Virus record (IMG/VR): IMGVR_UViG_3300045988_155865
Location: 60,944 to 124,943 of that record
Reading direction: 5' to 3' (one strand)
From: a virus
Length of the DNA: 64,000 nt
Part shown: positions 23,150-32,891 of the stretch, in pieces
Layout of the letters: each line of letters starts with the position of its first letter
Numbering within the stretch: the first letter of the stretch is position 1
Notes under the pieces: generated by a model
Seen by the model: only the letters and a program-made list of their open reading frames with translations
What the model was told of the DNA's origin: nothing
Databases searched by the model: none
Program-made: the position numbers and the translations under genes

Positions 23150-23698
23150 TGTATAAAAATTGATGTTATCCTATTTTTCTTCTTCTCTTTTTAAGAGGTT
23201 TATAATTGCTGATTGTTTTTCTTTAGCCTATTTTAACTTTTTTGTTATTTGTAACAATTCTTGTTGTTGTTCATTAATTTTATTAGCTCCAGTAGTAATC
23301 ATATCTTCAAGAACAGTTAAATATTCTTGCTTATATTCTTCTTCCGCGTTTTGATATTTTTTACTAAGTTCTTCACTTGCTCTATCAATTTTTTCATTAG
23401 CTAATGCAATTTTTTCATCATATAAAGTTTTTGCAAACTATTCAGCCTGAATTCTCTATTCTTCTATTGAAGTATTTAAAGTATCTTTTTGCGCTTGGAG
23501 GTATATAACTTCTTGATTAAGTTTTTCTCGCTCTCCATTAAGATCTTGTATTCTTTTCTCAAGACTATCATTAATTGATTCTGTTTCTCGATTTTTCTCA
23601 TATATCTCTAATCGAGAAGGTCTAAGAAAATAATAACTAAGTCCTACGCCAATAAGAATACAAAAAATACTAATAATAATAATAAATAAAATATTCAT
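23150..23698 (-). CDS. TM helix + long coiled coil; same frame as and contiguous with GIY-YIG (only TAG codons between), possible fusion
   Basis: ORF 23456..23698 (MNILFIIIISIFCILIGVGL... then coiled coil) ends at TAG 23456. No TAA/TGA occurs before the GIY-YIG stop at 22706. Confidence 0.4.
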
Positions 23699-23710
23699 TT
23701 TATAAGAAAA

Positions 23711-23731
23711 TGCGGGCGGAAAGACCGCCCG
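23711..23731 (-). terminator. GC-rich hairpin terminator (GCGGGCGG AAAG ACCGCCCG)
   Basis: Seen in sequence; T-rich tail on the minus strand; follows the 23751..24017 gene. Confidence 0.55.
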
Positions 23732-23750
23732 TTATATATTCTTATTAAAA

Positions 23751-24017
23751 TTATTCAGCTTCTTTATCAGGGTCAAAAGCCATACCTTCTGGTGTTAGCT
23801 GAAGGAATTTAACCTGCTTATGAGTGCCATCTGCAAGCTCAATTTCAGCCGGAACTCTTATACCAAGACCCTTTCTTTGAATTGCTGAAGTGAAGATGCC
23901 ATCTACTTGTCTCTTAGCAAGACCAATTATGTTAGCTACATCTTCAGAAGTTACATCCTAACCATTAATTTCCTTTAAATAATTTAATACTTTCTTTGAA
24001 TTTTCTTTCATTGCCAT
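23751..24017 (-). CDS. small HTH DNA-binding protein, 1 in-frame TAG
   Basis: Manual translation MAMKENSKKVLNYLKEING[TAG]DVTSEDVANIIGLAKRQVDGIF...; GGAG RBS; 89 codons. Confidence 0.5.
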
Positions 24018-24049
24018 GATACGTTTCTCCTTTTTATTTTAATATTTTT

Positions 24050-24095
24050 ATTTATGATTTTTAATCACTTATTGTGATTATGTAAACATAATATC
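24050..24095 (-). promoter_or_regulatory. sigma70-like promoter (TTTACA - 17 nt - TAAAAT) whose spacer is an inverted repeat AATCAC-N5-GTGATT (candidate operator)
   Basis: Minus-sense TTTACATAATCACAATAAGTGATTAAAATCAT upstream of the small HTH gene. Confidence 0.4.
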
Positions 24096-24303
24096 AAAAA
24101 TTTTTCTTAGAGTCAAATTTTTCTAAAATTTCTTGAATCATAGCATCTAAAAGGAATAGGTCATTAGGATTATCTATCTGTCCAGAAAGCTCTATTATCT
24201 AATCTTGATAATGCTTAATGTCTTTTTTATTCTACGCAGAAGATAACTTCATCTCTGTGGATGCTATTTTTTTAGCTAAATTCTTTAGTTCTTTTTTCTT
24301 CAT
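24094..24303 (-). CDS. hypothetical small protein, 2 in-frame TAG codons (coordinates approximate)
   Basis: Manual translation MKKKELKNLAKKIASTEMKLSSA[TAG]NKKDIKHYQD[TAG]IIELSGQ... Confidence 0.3.
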
Positions 24304-24377
24304 TTTTAAAATTTTCCTCTCATTGTTTACATTTATATAATAACAAAATTTTTTAATTTTGTCAATACCTATATCAA

Positions 24378-25592
24378 TTATCCAAATATAGATCCAATAG
24401 TACATTCGCTTGTATCTTTATCGTCTCTAAATCCTTTGAAGAAAGCGTGTCTAAGTGTATGCTCTTTTTTATCAAGTTCCATACATTGTAACATCACTGT
24501 TTTATTCAAATACTTATTTGGATTTGCTACAAAATCTTGACGTAATTCATCTGTTAATCCAGAAGCAACAGTACCTATTTCAATAAGTTTGCCATTTGAG
24601 TCATATGCTCCTATTTTTATAGCAGTTTTCCATCCATAAAAATATCCTTTAGTAACTGGGGTATAATATCTTTCATTATCCTTTACTAATTGAGAATACC
24701 AATTAGTATTACCACGGTTTTGAATATATTTATGATAATAATTACCGTTTACTAATTTAGGATTAACCCAGCCAGCAAAACAATGATCTTTTTCAAAACA
24801 ATCATAAAAACTTGGCTCTTTTACTTCCCAATATTGCCAACTTTCAATTTCTTTACCAGTATAATCTTTTGTTGCATCACAAAATCCAATACAAATAGCG
24901 TCAAGATAGTCTACTTTTTTAATTTTTAGATTGTGCCAAGCAGGTCGTTTCCCCGGGCTATATGGACAATCTTTCTTTTTAAGAACCATTCCTTCTTCTC
25001 CTCGCGCAAGCGCTTCTGATACAGCCTCTTGGATATTTTCAGTTATTGCTTCTGCTAATTCTAAGAAATCATATTGACTTAAATTATATTCTTGCCAGAG
25101 TTCTTTTAAAGTTTGATATCGATCCCAAGCTCCAGTAGAAATAAGGTCTTCGCCTTTATATCTAATAATATCATGCACATAATAATGAATTAGACCTTTT
25201 TCTTTTTGTCTTTCAATTGCTTTAGGAGCAAGACAACCCATAATAGTTGTTACTGTTTTAGAAGTTTCTCCTGGATAGTAAATTTCTCCAACGAGGATAG
25301 TTCCAGCTGGTAATGTATCTAATGCTTCCATAATATGAGGAACATTATTACCTTTTTCAGTTAAGATTCCAGTAGTTTTACTAATAGTTCTACTAAAAAG
25401 ATAACATTGTTTGGTATCAGTTTTTTCAAATTGGTACCAATATCCATCTTTTTTTAATTCCGCGAAATAATCTCCAGAATTTGCCACTTCCGCAAATTTA
25501 TATTCTTTTCCTTCTGGAATTTTCCAGACTTTCATTGGTTCGATGCATAATGCGCCAGGTGCCGTTTTATCTATTAATTCTTGTGAAAGCAT
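24378..25592 (-). CDS. ATP-dependent DNA ligase
   Basis: ORF track; motif I KKDGYWYQ; full length 404 aa with no TAG. Confidence 0.8.
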   Translation of the reverse strand: MLSQELIDKTAPGALCIEPMKVWKIPEGKEYKFAEVANSGDYFAELKKDGYWYQFEKTDTKQCYLFSRTISKTTGILTEKGNNVPHIMEALDTLPAGTILVGEIYYPGETSKTVTTIMGCLAPKAIERQKEKGLIHYYVHDIIRYKGEDLISTGAWDRYQTLKELWQEYNLSQYDFLELAEAITENIQEAVSEALARGEEGMVLKKKDCPYSPGKRPAWHNLKIKKVDYLDAICIGFCDATKDYTGKEIESWQYWEVKEPSFYDCFEKDHCFAGWVNPKLVNGNYYHKYIQNRGNTNWYSQLVKDNERYYTPVTKGYFYGWKTAIKIGAYDSNGKLIEIGTVASGLTDELRQDFVANPNKYLNKTVMLQCMELDKKEHTLRHAFFKGFRDDKDTSECTIGSIFG

Positions 25593-25799
25593 CTTATTTT
25601 CCTCCTCTTATAGTTGTTATGCTTTTAATAGAATTATTACCAAATATTAATTGATTATTAGGTAACAATGGTTTAAATATTTTCGCATACTATTCTAATT
25701 CATCAATAGTTATATCTTTATTGAATTCAAATATAACTATAGTATCAGGAGGAATATTTATTATATTATGTTTAATCATTCTTTATTTATATCTCCTTA

Positions 25800-25832
25800 T
25801 TTATTATATAGAAAAATTTTTATTTTGTCAAA
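25800..25832 (-). promoter_or_regulatory. sigma70-like promoter TTGACA - 17 nt - TATAAT
   Basis: Minus-sense TTGACAAAATAAAAATTTTTCTATATAATAAATAAGGAG upstream of a small ORF and the ligase. Confidence 0.5.
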
Positions 25833-25845
25833 TTTTATATAAGAA

Positions 25846-25873
25846 AATTAATTGGGCAAAAGCCCAATTAATT
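25846..25873 (-). terminator. hairpin terminator AATTAATTGGGC AAAA GCCCAATTAATT
   Basis: Downstream of the topoisomerase subunit A gene; T-rich tail on the minus strand. Confidence 0.5.
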
Positions 25874-26004
25874 TTCTATAAAAGAAGATTGCATATTTTT
25901 TTTAAACTTTCTAAATTTCCAGATAATTTAAACTAATACTTAATTCATTTTTATAAAATCTTTATCCGAAAATAATATCTAAGAATCTTATCATAATATC
26001 CTCC

Positions 26005-28362
26005 TTAAACCTTGCTTACACTTTTAACAATATTTCCTTTAAGGATAATATTTCCCATGCTTGTTCTTCCAAGAGCAGGAATTTCTTTCGCGGAAATGCA
26101 TATAGAGGATTTATTTCCTACTACAAGAATATTATCTTCATCAGAAACTAAACAAGCTGCCACTATAGGGCCACTCTCAGCAGTAGGCTTATAACATATA
26201 ACGCCTCTACCGCCACGCTTTTGGATAGTTAATTCTTCAGAAGTAATTTTTTTACCAAGGCCAGTTTTTGAGAATAGTGCTAATGAATCTTCTTTATGTC
26301 TAATTGGAAGAGCAGTAACTACAAAATCGTCTTTTCCTAAATTGATTCCTCTTACTCCTTGTGTCATTCTTGATGAAGCTCCTATTTCTTCAGAATTAAA
26401 AGTTAAAGAATAACCTTTGTTAGTTATAAGAGTTAATGGTTCATCTTTAATCAAACATACAGTAACTAACTCATCATCTTCTGTGATAGTAATAGCTCCA
26501 ATACCAGACTTTTTCTTTGTTTTTATGTATTCATCTAAAGCAGTCTTTTTGACTTTACCATTTTTAGTTACGAATAAAACATATTTAGCGTCTGTGTCTC
26601 GATAGATTGAGTAAATAACTGTTGGTTCTTCTGTTGGTTCTAAACTTATAAGACTACGAATTGGAGTGCCTTTAGAAGCGTTTGTTCCAGCAGGAATATC
26701 ATCAACAAGAAGTCTATACATTTTACCTTTATTCGTAAATATCATTAATGAATCTATAGTATTAGTTCGTAGCACCATAGATGTTATATCTTCTTGCGTT
26801 TTTATTCCTTTACCATTTCGCTTTTGCGCACGGAATGATGTTGAAGGTATTCTTTTTATAGTTCCTCCCTCAGTAAGAATAACTACGCACTTTTCTGGAG
26901 TTACAAACTCAATTTCTTTCTCTTCTTTTGAGATTGAAATCTGGGTTAATTGCGTTTTTCTTGGAGTAGAATATTTTTTACCAAAATTTGATAACCTATT
27001 TAAAAACTCATTTCTTTGACTATCTTTATTCTGAAGAATATTATTGCAGTTTTGAATTGTTTTTAATAATTCTTCTTTCTCTTTATTTAATTCAACATAC
27101 TCTAAATGAGCTAATCTACCAAGTTTCATATCTACAATGGCTTTGGCCTGATTTTCAGTGAACTTATAAGTTAACTTTAAATTCTCTCGAGCTGCGGCAG
27201 AAGATTCAGACTTTTTAATTAAAGCAATAATATTGTCAATATTTTCTAAAGCTTTTAATAAGCCTTCTGTAACTTCTAATTTTGCTTGAGCTTTATTATA
27301 ATCAAATTGATATTCTTTAATTATGCATTCAATATTATGAGCAACATAAATATCAATATATTCTTTTAAAGTTAATAATTTAGGTGTTTTGCCTACTAAA
27401 GCGAATTGATTTGCATTATAAGATTTTTGTAGACTTGTTGAAGCATATAGCTTATTTAAAATAGAAGATATATTTCCACTGCATTCTATTTCAATAAGCA
27501 GTCGTTTCTTATCTGTTTTATTGTAAATATTATCTATACCCGTTAATTCTTCTTTTTGAATTAGAGTTTTTATTTCGTCAATAAAAGGCTCAACATATAC
27601 TTGATAAGGAAGCTCTGTTATTTTGATAATATTATCTTCTACTTCAACTTTTGCTCTTACAATAGCCTTTCCTTTTCCTGTCTTATATATAGCGCCTAAG
27701 TCTTTTTTGTTTATAATAATTCCACCTGTTGGAAAATCTGGTGCTATATTGTCATAATCAATTTCTCCATTGTCTAAATATTTTTTGATTATGTCAATAA
27801 TTTCTCCTAAATTATGAGGAATCCAAGTTTGAGCTACTGTTACACCAATACCTTGACTACCATTTACTATTAGCCTAGGAAATAATGCTGGAAGAACTTC
27901 TGGCCACTCCTCATCTTCAGAGAAATTAAGAATCATAGGAACATTCTTCTTTTTTATTCCAGAGAACATACCTTCTTCTATTGGCTTATTTAGTCTTGCT
28001 TCAGTATATCTGTCCGCGGCTGGCGCACTACCTATTACAATATTACCATTTGAACCATGAAAGTCTACTTCTGGGATATTATTTACCCAAGGTTGACTCA
28101 TACGAGCAAAAGTTTCATAAATAGCTACTGTTCCATGCGGCCACCATGTTGCTGCAACACCACCATCTATTTTTGCTGATTTTACATGAGGCTTATTTGA
28201 AGAATAACCTTTTTGAAACATTTCCCATAAGCATGCTCTTTGACCTGGCTTCAAACCATCCCTTGCGTCTGGAAACGCTCTTTGTGAGTTAGCTTCATAT
28301 GCAAAATCTATAAAATTTTGTTTTAATTCATCACAAATATCTATTGTCTTATTTCCTATCAT
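26005..28362 (-). CDS. gyrA: type IIA DNA topoisomerase subunit A (GyrA/ParC-like)
   Basis: ORF track, 785 aa; active-site region AADRYTEARL; no in-frame TAG. Confidence 0.85.
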   Translation of the reverse strand: MIGNKTIDICDELKQNFIDFAYEANSQRAFPDARDGLKPGQRACLWEMFQKGYSSNKPHVKSAKIDGGVAATWWPHGTVAIYETFARMSQPWVNNIPEVDFHGSNGNIVIGSAPAADRYTEARLNKPIEEGMFSGIKKKNVPMILNFSEDEEWPEVLPALFPRLIVNGSQGIGVTVAQTWIPHNLGEIIDIIKKYLDNGEIDYDNIAPDFPTGGIIINKKDLGAIYKTGKGKAIVRAKVEVEDNIIKITELPYQVYVEPFIDEIKTLIQKEELTGIDNIYNKTDKKRLLIEIECSGNISSILNKLYASTSLQKSYNANQFALVGKTPKLLTLKEYIDIYVAHNIECIIKEYQFDYNKAQAKLEVTEGLLKALENIDNIIALIKKSESSAAARENLKLTYKFTENQAKAIVDMKLGRLAHLEYVELNKEKEELLKTIQNCNNILQNKDSQRNEFLNRLSNFGKKYSTPRKTQLTQISISKEEKEIEFVTPEKCVVILTEGGTIKRIPSTSFRAQKRNGKGIKTQEDITSMVLRTNTIDSLMIFTNKGKMYRLLVDDIPAGTNASKGTPIRSLISLEPTEEPTVIYSIYRDTDAKYVLFVTKNGKVKKTALDEYIKTKKKSGIGAITITEDDELVTVCLIKDEPLTLITNKGYSLTFNSEEIGASSRMTQGVRGINLGKDDFVVTALPIRHKEDSLALFSKTGLGKKITSEELTIQKRGGRGVICYKPTAESGPIVAACLVSDEDNILVVGNKSSICISAKEIPALGRTSMGNIILKGNIVKSVSKV

Positions 28363-30296
28363 ATTTCATTAGCCTCCTCACTATGTTTCATAATCCAATC
28401 TCTACGAGGTCCTACGCTTGGCCCCATAAAAACTTCAAATAACTCTGCTGCTTTAGCAACATCTTGAACAGTTATTTGAGCAATATTACGAGTTTCTGGA
28501 TTTAATAAACATTCTTCCAATTCTTCAGGATCTTGTTCACCAAGACCTTTATTTCGATTTATTAAATATTTTTCACCTTGATGTTTAATTTTATATTCTT
28601 CAAGAGCATCTGCATCTCTTAGATAGATATATTCATTTTTCTTTGTAGTAATTCTAAAAAGAGGAGGGATAGTAGCATATATATGACCATTTACAACAAG
28701 ATCTGGGCATAATGACCAAAAGCAAGTAAGTAAAAGATTTTTTATAGCTTCTCCATCTGGGTCTGCATCTGCGCATAAAAGAATTTTCCCATAACGCATT
28801 TTATTCTTATCATAAATTATTTTATGAGTTTTTGAATCTAAATCTAAGCCTAAAGCTTTTATAATGTTTATAACTTCTTGATTGGCAAAAATTTTTTCAG
28901 AGCTATTTTTATAAAGATTAATTATTTTACCTCTAATTGGAAAAACAGCTTGTTTTTCTCCATCTCTTGCTCCAATCAATCCACTTGCAGCACTATCTCC
29001 TTCTGCAATTAATAGTTCACAATCTGTACGTTTTTTACCCCAGGCATCAACTAATTTTGTTGGAAGATTTAATAATTTATTTTTGCCCTTTGTTTCTACG
29101 TTGCGGATTGCTTCTTTTGCCTTTTTAGCTTTTTCTTTCGCTTGACGAGCTAGTAAAGCTTTTTCAACTATTATTTTTGCATCTTTTGGATTGCTTTGTA
29201 ACCAATTTGTTATTTCCGTAGAAACAAGTTGCTGTACCATAGTTCTGGCTTCGCTAGAACTAAGAACATCTTTAGTTTGCCCAGAGAATACCGGATCTGG
29301 CATAATGAACGAAAGAACAAGAACCAATCCTTCTTTTAATTCATCTCCAATAAGATTTGAATCTTTTTCTTTTAAAAGTTTATTCTCTCTTGCATATTTA
29401 TTAACTGATTGAGTTAGAGCTGTTCTAAAACCTGTAAGATGTGTTCCTGCTGAATTAGGAATCGAATTTGTAAAAAGCTTATAATTATCACTATAAGAAT
29501 TATTATATTGCATAGCAACTTTAACACCAATTCTATCTTCCATTTTTTCAGCATAAAATACTGACGTTAAAGTATCTTTTTTCTCATTCAAATCTTTTAT
29601 GTAATCAAGGATTCCATTTTTAGAAGTAATTATCTCTGTTGGTTTATCTTTGTAAGTAAATTCAAATATTAAGCCAGGAGATAAGTATGCTAATTCTTGA
29701 ATTTGTTTATGTAATTTATCATAGTCAAGTTCAGTTGTTTCTTTAAAGATCTTCGAATCTGGTTTAAACTGAATTGAAGTTCCATGTTTTCGTGTTTTAC
29801 TAGTGTTTTCACGCTCTTTATAAGAAATAAGTTTTCCTTCTTTAAAGCAAGCTTCAGCAGCTTTTCCATCTCGAACCGAGCACACAGAAAATGTCTCACT
29901 TAATGCATTAGTTGCCTTTGCTCCCACACCATTCATACCACCTGATGTATTATATCCAGTTTTACCAGATGAATCAAACTTTGCGCCAGTATGAAGTTTA
30001 GTAAATACATTAACTAATGTTTCACTTCCATCTTCTGCTTTTCCGAAAGGAACTCCACGTCCATCATCCGCTACTGTTATATAATTTCCTACTCCAATCT
30101 TGCATTTAGTACAATATCCATTTAGATATTCATCTACAACATTTGAAATAATTTCAAGAGTTATATGCTGAACTCCTTCTGGACCAGTTGAGCCGATGTA
30201 CATGCCTGGGCGTAATCGAATAGCTTCTATTCCTTCAAGAGTTTTTATATCTTTTACTCCATAATTACTTTGAAGCATTTTTAATTCCTCCTCCAT
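28359..30296 (-). CDS. gyrB: type IIA DNA topoisomerase subunit B (GyrB/ParE-like)
   Basis: ORF track, 645 aa; GHKL ATPase, TOPRIM IAEGDSAASG, PIRGKIINL; no TAG. Confidence 0.85.
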   Translation of the reverse strand: MEEELKMLQSNYGVKDIKTLEGIEAIRLRPGMYIGSTGPEGVQHITLEIISNVVDEYLNGYCTKCKIGVGNYITVADDGRGVPFGKAEDGSETLVNVFTKLHTGAKFDSSGKTGYNTSGGMNGVGAKATNALSETFSVCSVRDGKAAEACFKEGKLISYKERENTSKTRKHGTSIQFKPDSKIFKETTELDYDKLHKQIQELAYLSPGLIFEFTYKDKPTEIITSKNGILDYIKDLNEKKDTLTSVFYAEKMEDRIGVKVAMQYNNSYSDNYKLFTNSIPNSAGTHLTGFRTALTQSVNKYARENKLLKEKDSNLIGDELKEGLVLVLSFIMPDPVFSGQTKDVLSSSEARTMVQQLVSTEITNWLQSNPKDAKIIVEKALLARQAKEKAKKAKEAIRNVETKGKNKLLNLPTKLVDAWGKKRTDCELLIAEGDSAASGLIGARDGEKQAVFPIRGKIINLYKNSSEKIFANQEVINIIKALGLDLDSKTHKIIYDKNKMRYGKILLCADADPDGEAIKNLLLTCFWSLCPDLVVNGHIYATIPPLFRITTKKNEYIYLRDADALEEYKIKHQGEKYLINRNKGLGEQDPEELEECLLNPETRNIAQITVQDVAKAAELFEVFMGPSVGPRRDWIMKHSEEANEI

Positions 30297-30484
30297 ATAA
30301 CTTTTTGCTTGGCGCCATCCATTCTATATAGCTAAATGGCACTATAACTAAAGATTCTTCATGTCCATTTAATTCAAAATATGCATGAGAACAAGAGTAA
30401 TTTACTAATTTTCCACAAAACTTATAACCACAAGTTGTTAGTGATACAAAATCATAATCTATTTTAGGATTATCTTTTTTTATT

Positions 30485-30958
30485 TTAACAATATACATTA
30501 ATTCTTTTGTTGGCATGATAGTAATGCTCTTCTCCTTTCGCAATTTTATCAGCGAGTTCATTAAATTTATTTCCTGCATGTCCTTTTACTTTTATTAAAT
30601 TTATACGACAACCCATTTGATAAAAAGTATAATAAGATTTTATTAAATCTAAATTTTCTGGAGGCTTATTATCACTTTTTAACCAATTATTTTTTTCCCA
30701 ATTAAACATCCAATTTGTTAAAGTGTTTATCGCATAAGCGGAATCACTATATACATTAGGTGGTGGTAATGGCGCTTTTTGACCATAATTAAACATAACA
30801 GATAATATCGCTGTAAGTTCCATTCTATTATTAGTAGTCATTTCTTCTTTACCGCCTAAAGTATCTATTATTTCATTATTTTCGACAGCTACAATTCCCC
30901 AGCCTCCAGGTCCTGGATTTCCTTTACTTGAGCCGTCTGTATAAAATTCTACTGCCAT
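30485..30958 (-). CDS. rnhA: ribonuclease H
   Basis: ORF track; MAVEFYTDGSSKGNPGPGGWGIVA matches RNase HI. Confidence 0.8.
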   Translation of the reverse strand: MAVEFYTDGSSKGNPGPGGWGIVAVENNEIIDTLGGKEEMTTNNRMELTAILSVMFNYGQKAPLPPPNVYSDSAYAINTLTNWMFNWEKNNWLKSDNKPPENLDLIKSYYTFYQMGCRINLIKVKGHAGNKFNELADKIAKGEEHYYHANKRINVYC

Positions 30959-30984
30959 ACTTTCTTCCTTTCTTTTTTATTATA

Positions 30985-31018
30985 TAAATATAATATCATA
31001 AAAAAATAAAAATGTCAA
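30985..31018 (-). promoter_or_regulatory. family promoter TTGACA - 17 nt - TGATATTAT
   Basis: Minus-sense TTGACATTTTTATTTTTTTATGATATTATATTTATATAATAAAAAAGAAAGGAAG upstream of rnhA. Confidence 0.55.
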
Positions 31019-31117
31019 ATTTCATGTGGTGGGATATGAATAAAATAAAAAAAAATGGAAGTATGAAGAACAAATCTTCATACTTCCATAAGATTATATT
31101 GGACCGTTTATATCAAT

Positions 31118-31384
31118 CTATGCAGCTTGTTGCGCAAGAGAATGTTTAACTTGCTCATAAACGACTCCACCTTGTGTTTTTTCTGCTTTTGATTTACTAT
31201 AATAACATGCTTGACTTACTCCATAGGCAGCCCAAGGAAGACCTACCATTGCGGAAATCCAAGGCAATGATGCTGTAAAACCAACAAAAACGCATACAAA
31301 AGCAAGTACAAAAGCCAAGGTAGTAACTATCCAAATTAGAATAGATTCTTGTATTAATAATGTTTTTGAAAATTCTCTTTTCAT
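31118..31384 (-). CDS. two-TM membrane protein, holin candidate (lysis cassette with upstream lysin)
   Basis: ORF track; two hydrophobic helices; ATGA overlap with the lysin gene immediately upstream. Confidence 0.45.
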   Translation of the reverse strand: MKREFSKTLLIQESILIWIVTTLAFVLAFVCVFVGFTASLPWISAMVGLPWAAYGVSQACYYSKSKAEKTQGGVVYEQVKHSLAQQAA

Positions 31385-32349
31385 TTTTCGATTTCTCCTT
31401 TATAGAAATTAAAAAGTAATACCGCCAACTCTTCTCTAGTTAAATAGGCTCTATATTTTTTATTACCATTCTCATCGCCTTTGAAAATATTATGAGATTC
31501 GCAATAATTGCGCGCTTCCACTGACCAAGGACTAGGTTGCTTATTACCGAGCTCGCGCACATAGTTATCTACAAAATTATTAAATTCTTCTTGTGTAATA
31601 GTTTCTTCTGTTGGAGCATTCCAAGCTTTTACATATTGACTATAAATATATCCTGTCCCAAAAGGATAGTCAACTCTATACCAACCATTATCAGTTTTTG
31701 CACTTATAATAACATTATCTCCTGCGACATGTTCTGCTATAATATCAGATTCAGTTGTTGGTCGTTGTCTGACATTTAATTCTCCAGCTGTAATAATTCC
31801 TTCCATTTGAACTGGGGTTTCAGTAAATTTAAACTCATCTTCTTTTACCAAATCCCAATTTACAGTAATAAATTTAGTTCCAGGCAGTTGAGAATTATAA
31901 TAGCCCTTTGCGCATACTCCACCACCATTTGGAATTATGCCACTTGCCCCAGAAGTGTTGCCCTCATAAGTGGTAAAATAATCACCATTTACGCCATTAA
32001 CAATACCCGTATGTGTAAATTCACCATTGTGTTTAAAAATAACAATATCTCCAACTTTTGGATTTGCATTTAATTTAAATAGCTAAGCCATAGTTGGACA
32101 ATATACATATGGATAGTGTTTTAATAATTTTCTTGTCATTTCAACTCCAAAAGCCTATACAAAAACCCATGTAACATAGCAAGCACACCAAGGCTATCCC
32201 TAATATTCTGGCTTTATTTCTGCCCAATACTTAGTATAATTTCCACTGCCAGCATTCGCGGTTTTATCATATAAATAAGCATTGCTCTTTTTTTCTAAAT
32301 ATCCTAATTCTTGTTTAGCAATATTTAAAACTCTATCTATTGGTAACAT
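31381..32349 (-). CDS. cell-wall hydrolase: CHAP-like peptidase + SH3 + SLH-like C-terminal domain, 5 in-frame TAG codons
   Basis: ORF 31381..31851 is the C-terminal third. In-frame upstream translation after AGGAGG: MLPIDRVLNIAKQELGYLEK...[TAG]G[TAG]PWCACYVTW...GDIVIFKHNGEFTHTGIV...TYEGNTSG, paralogous to 32892..33674. Confidence 0.7.
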
Positions 32350-32380
32350 TATTATTTCCTCCTTTCTGGATATAAAAAAA

Positions 32381-32404
32381 GCGTGGTTAAATATTTAACC
32401 ACGC
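32381..32404 (-). terminator. perfect 12-bp palindrome hairpin with T7 tail on the minus strand
   Basis: GCGTGGTTAAAT|ATTTAACCACGC flanked by A7/T7; overlaps the stop of the 32395..32616 gene. Confidence 0.55.
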
Positions 32405-32616
32405 TTAATAATCTGTGATGAAAATCTATTTAAAACTTGAGCAATTTCTTCTCTTGTAACAAATTTTTTATACATCTTATTACCATTCCCATCACCTTCA
32501 ATTAACCCCATCTTTTCGCACCAATCTCGAGCTTCTTTAGACCACTAACTAGGCTCCTAAGAGGCTAATTGTTGGAGGTAATTATTCATCATTTCGTTAA
32601 ATTTTTCTTGTGTCAT
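32395..32616 (-). CDS. small stand-alone SLH-like cell-wall-binding domain protein, 2 in-frame TAG codons
   Basis: MTQEKFNEMMNNYLQQLAS[TAG]EPS[TAG]WSKEARDWCEKMGLIEGDGNGNKMYKKFVTREEIAQVL is paralogous to the C-terminus of the 31381..32349 lysin; AGGAGG RBS. Confidence 0.5.
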
Positions 32617-32891
32617 TTAATAATCCTCCTTTATAACTGTTCTAAAACATTAATATATATATGTTGAATAAATAAAAAAATAATTGTCTTCGCTTCAAAC
32701 TTTGTCCAACAATTAATGTAAAACCTTTCGATTCGATAAATCTCGAACCCCAGGGCCGCATTTTTCTAGGGTAAGTTTGAACAGTTTTATTAAAATGTAA
32801 TTGTTATACTAAACACTTTCTTTTTTCTTTATTAGATTGTATTTAAGTAAACTATATTAGTTCTTGCTATTTTCTGTTAATTATTATAGTG

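Noticed and set aside
30265-30579. ORF 30265..30579 as a separate gene
   Set aside because: Overlaps the topoisomerase B start by 32 nt and the RNase H gene by about 95 nt in other frames; no RBS found; likely spurious.
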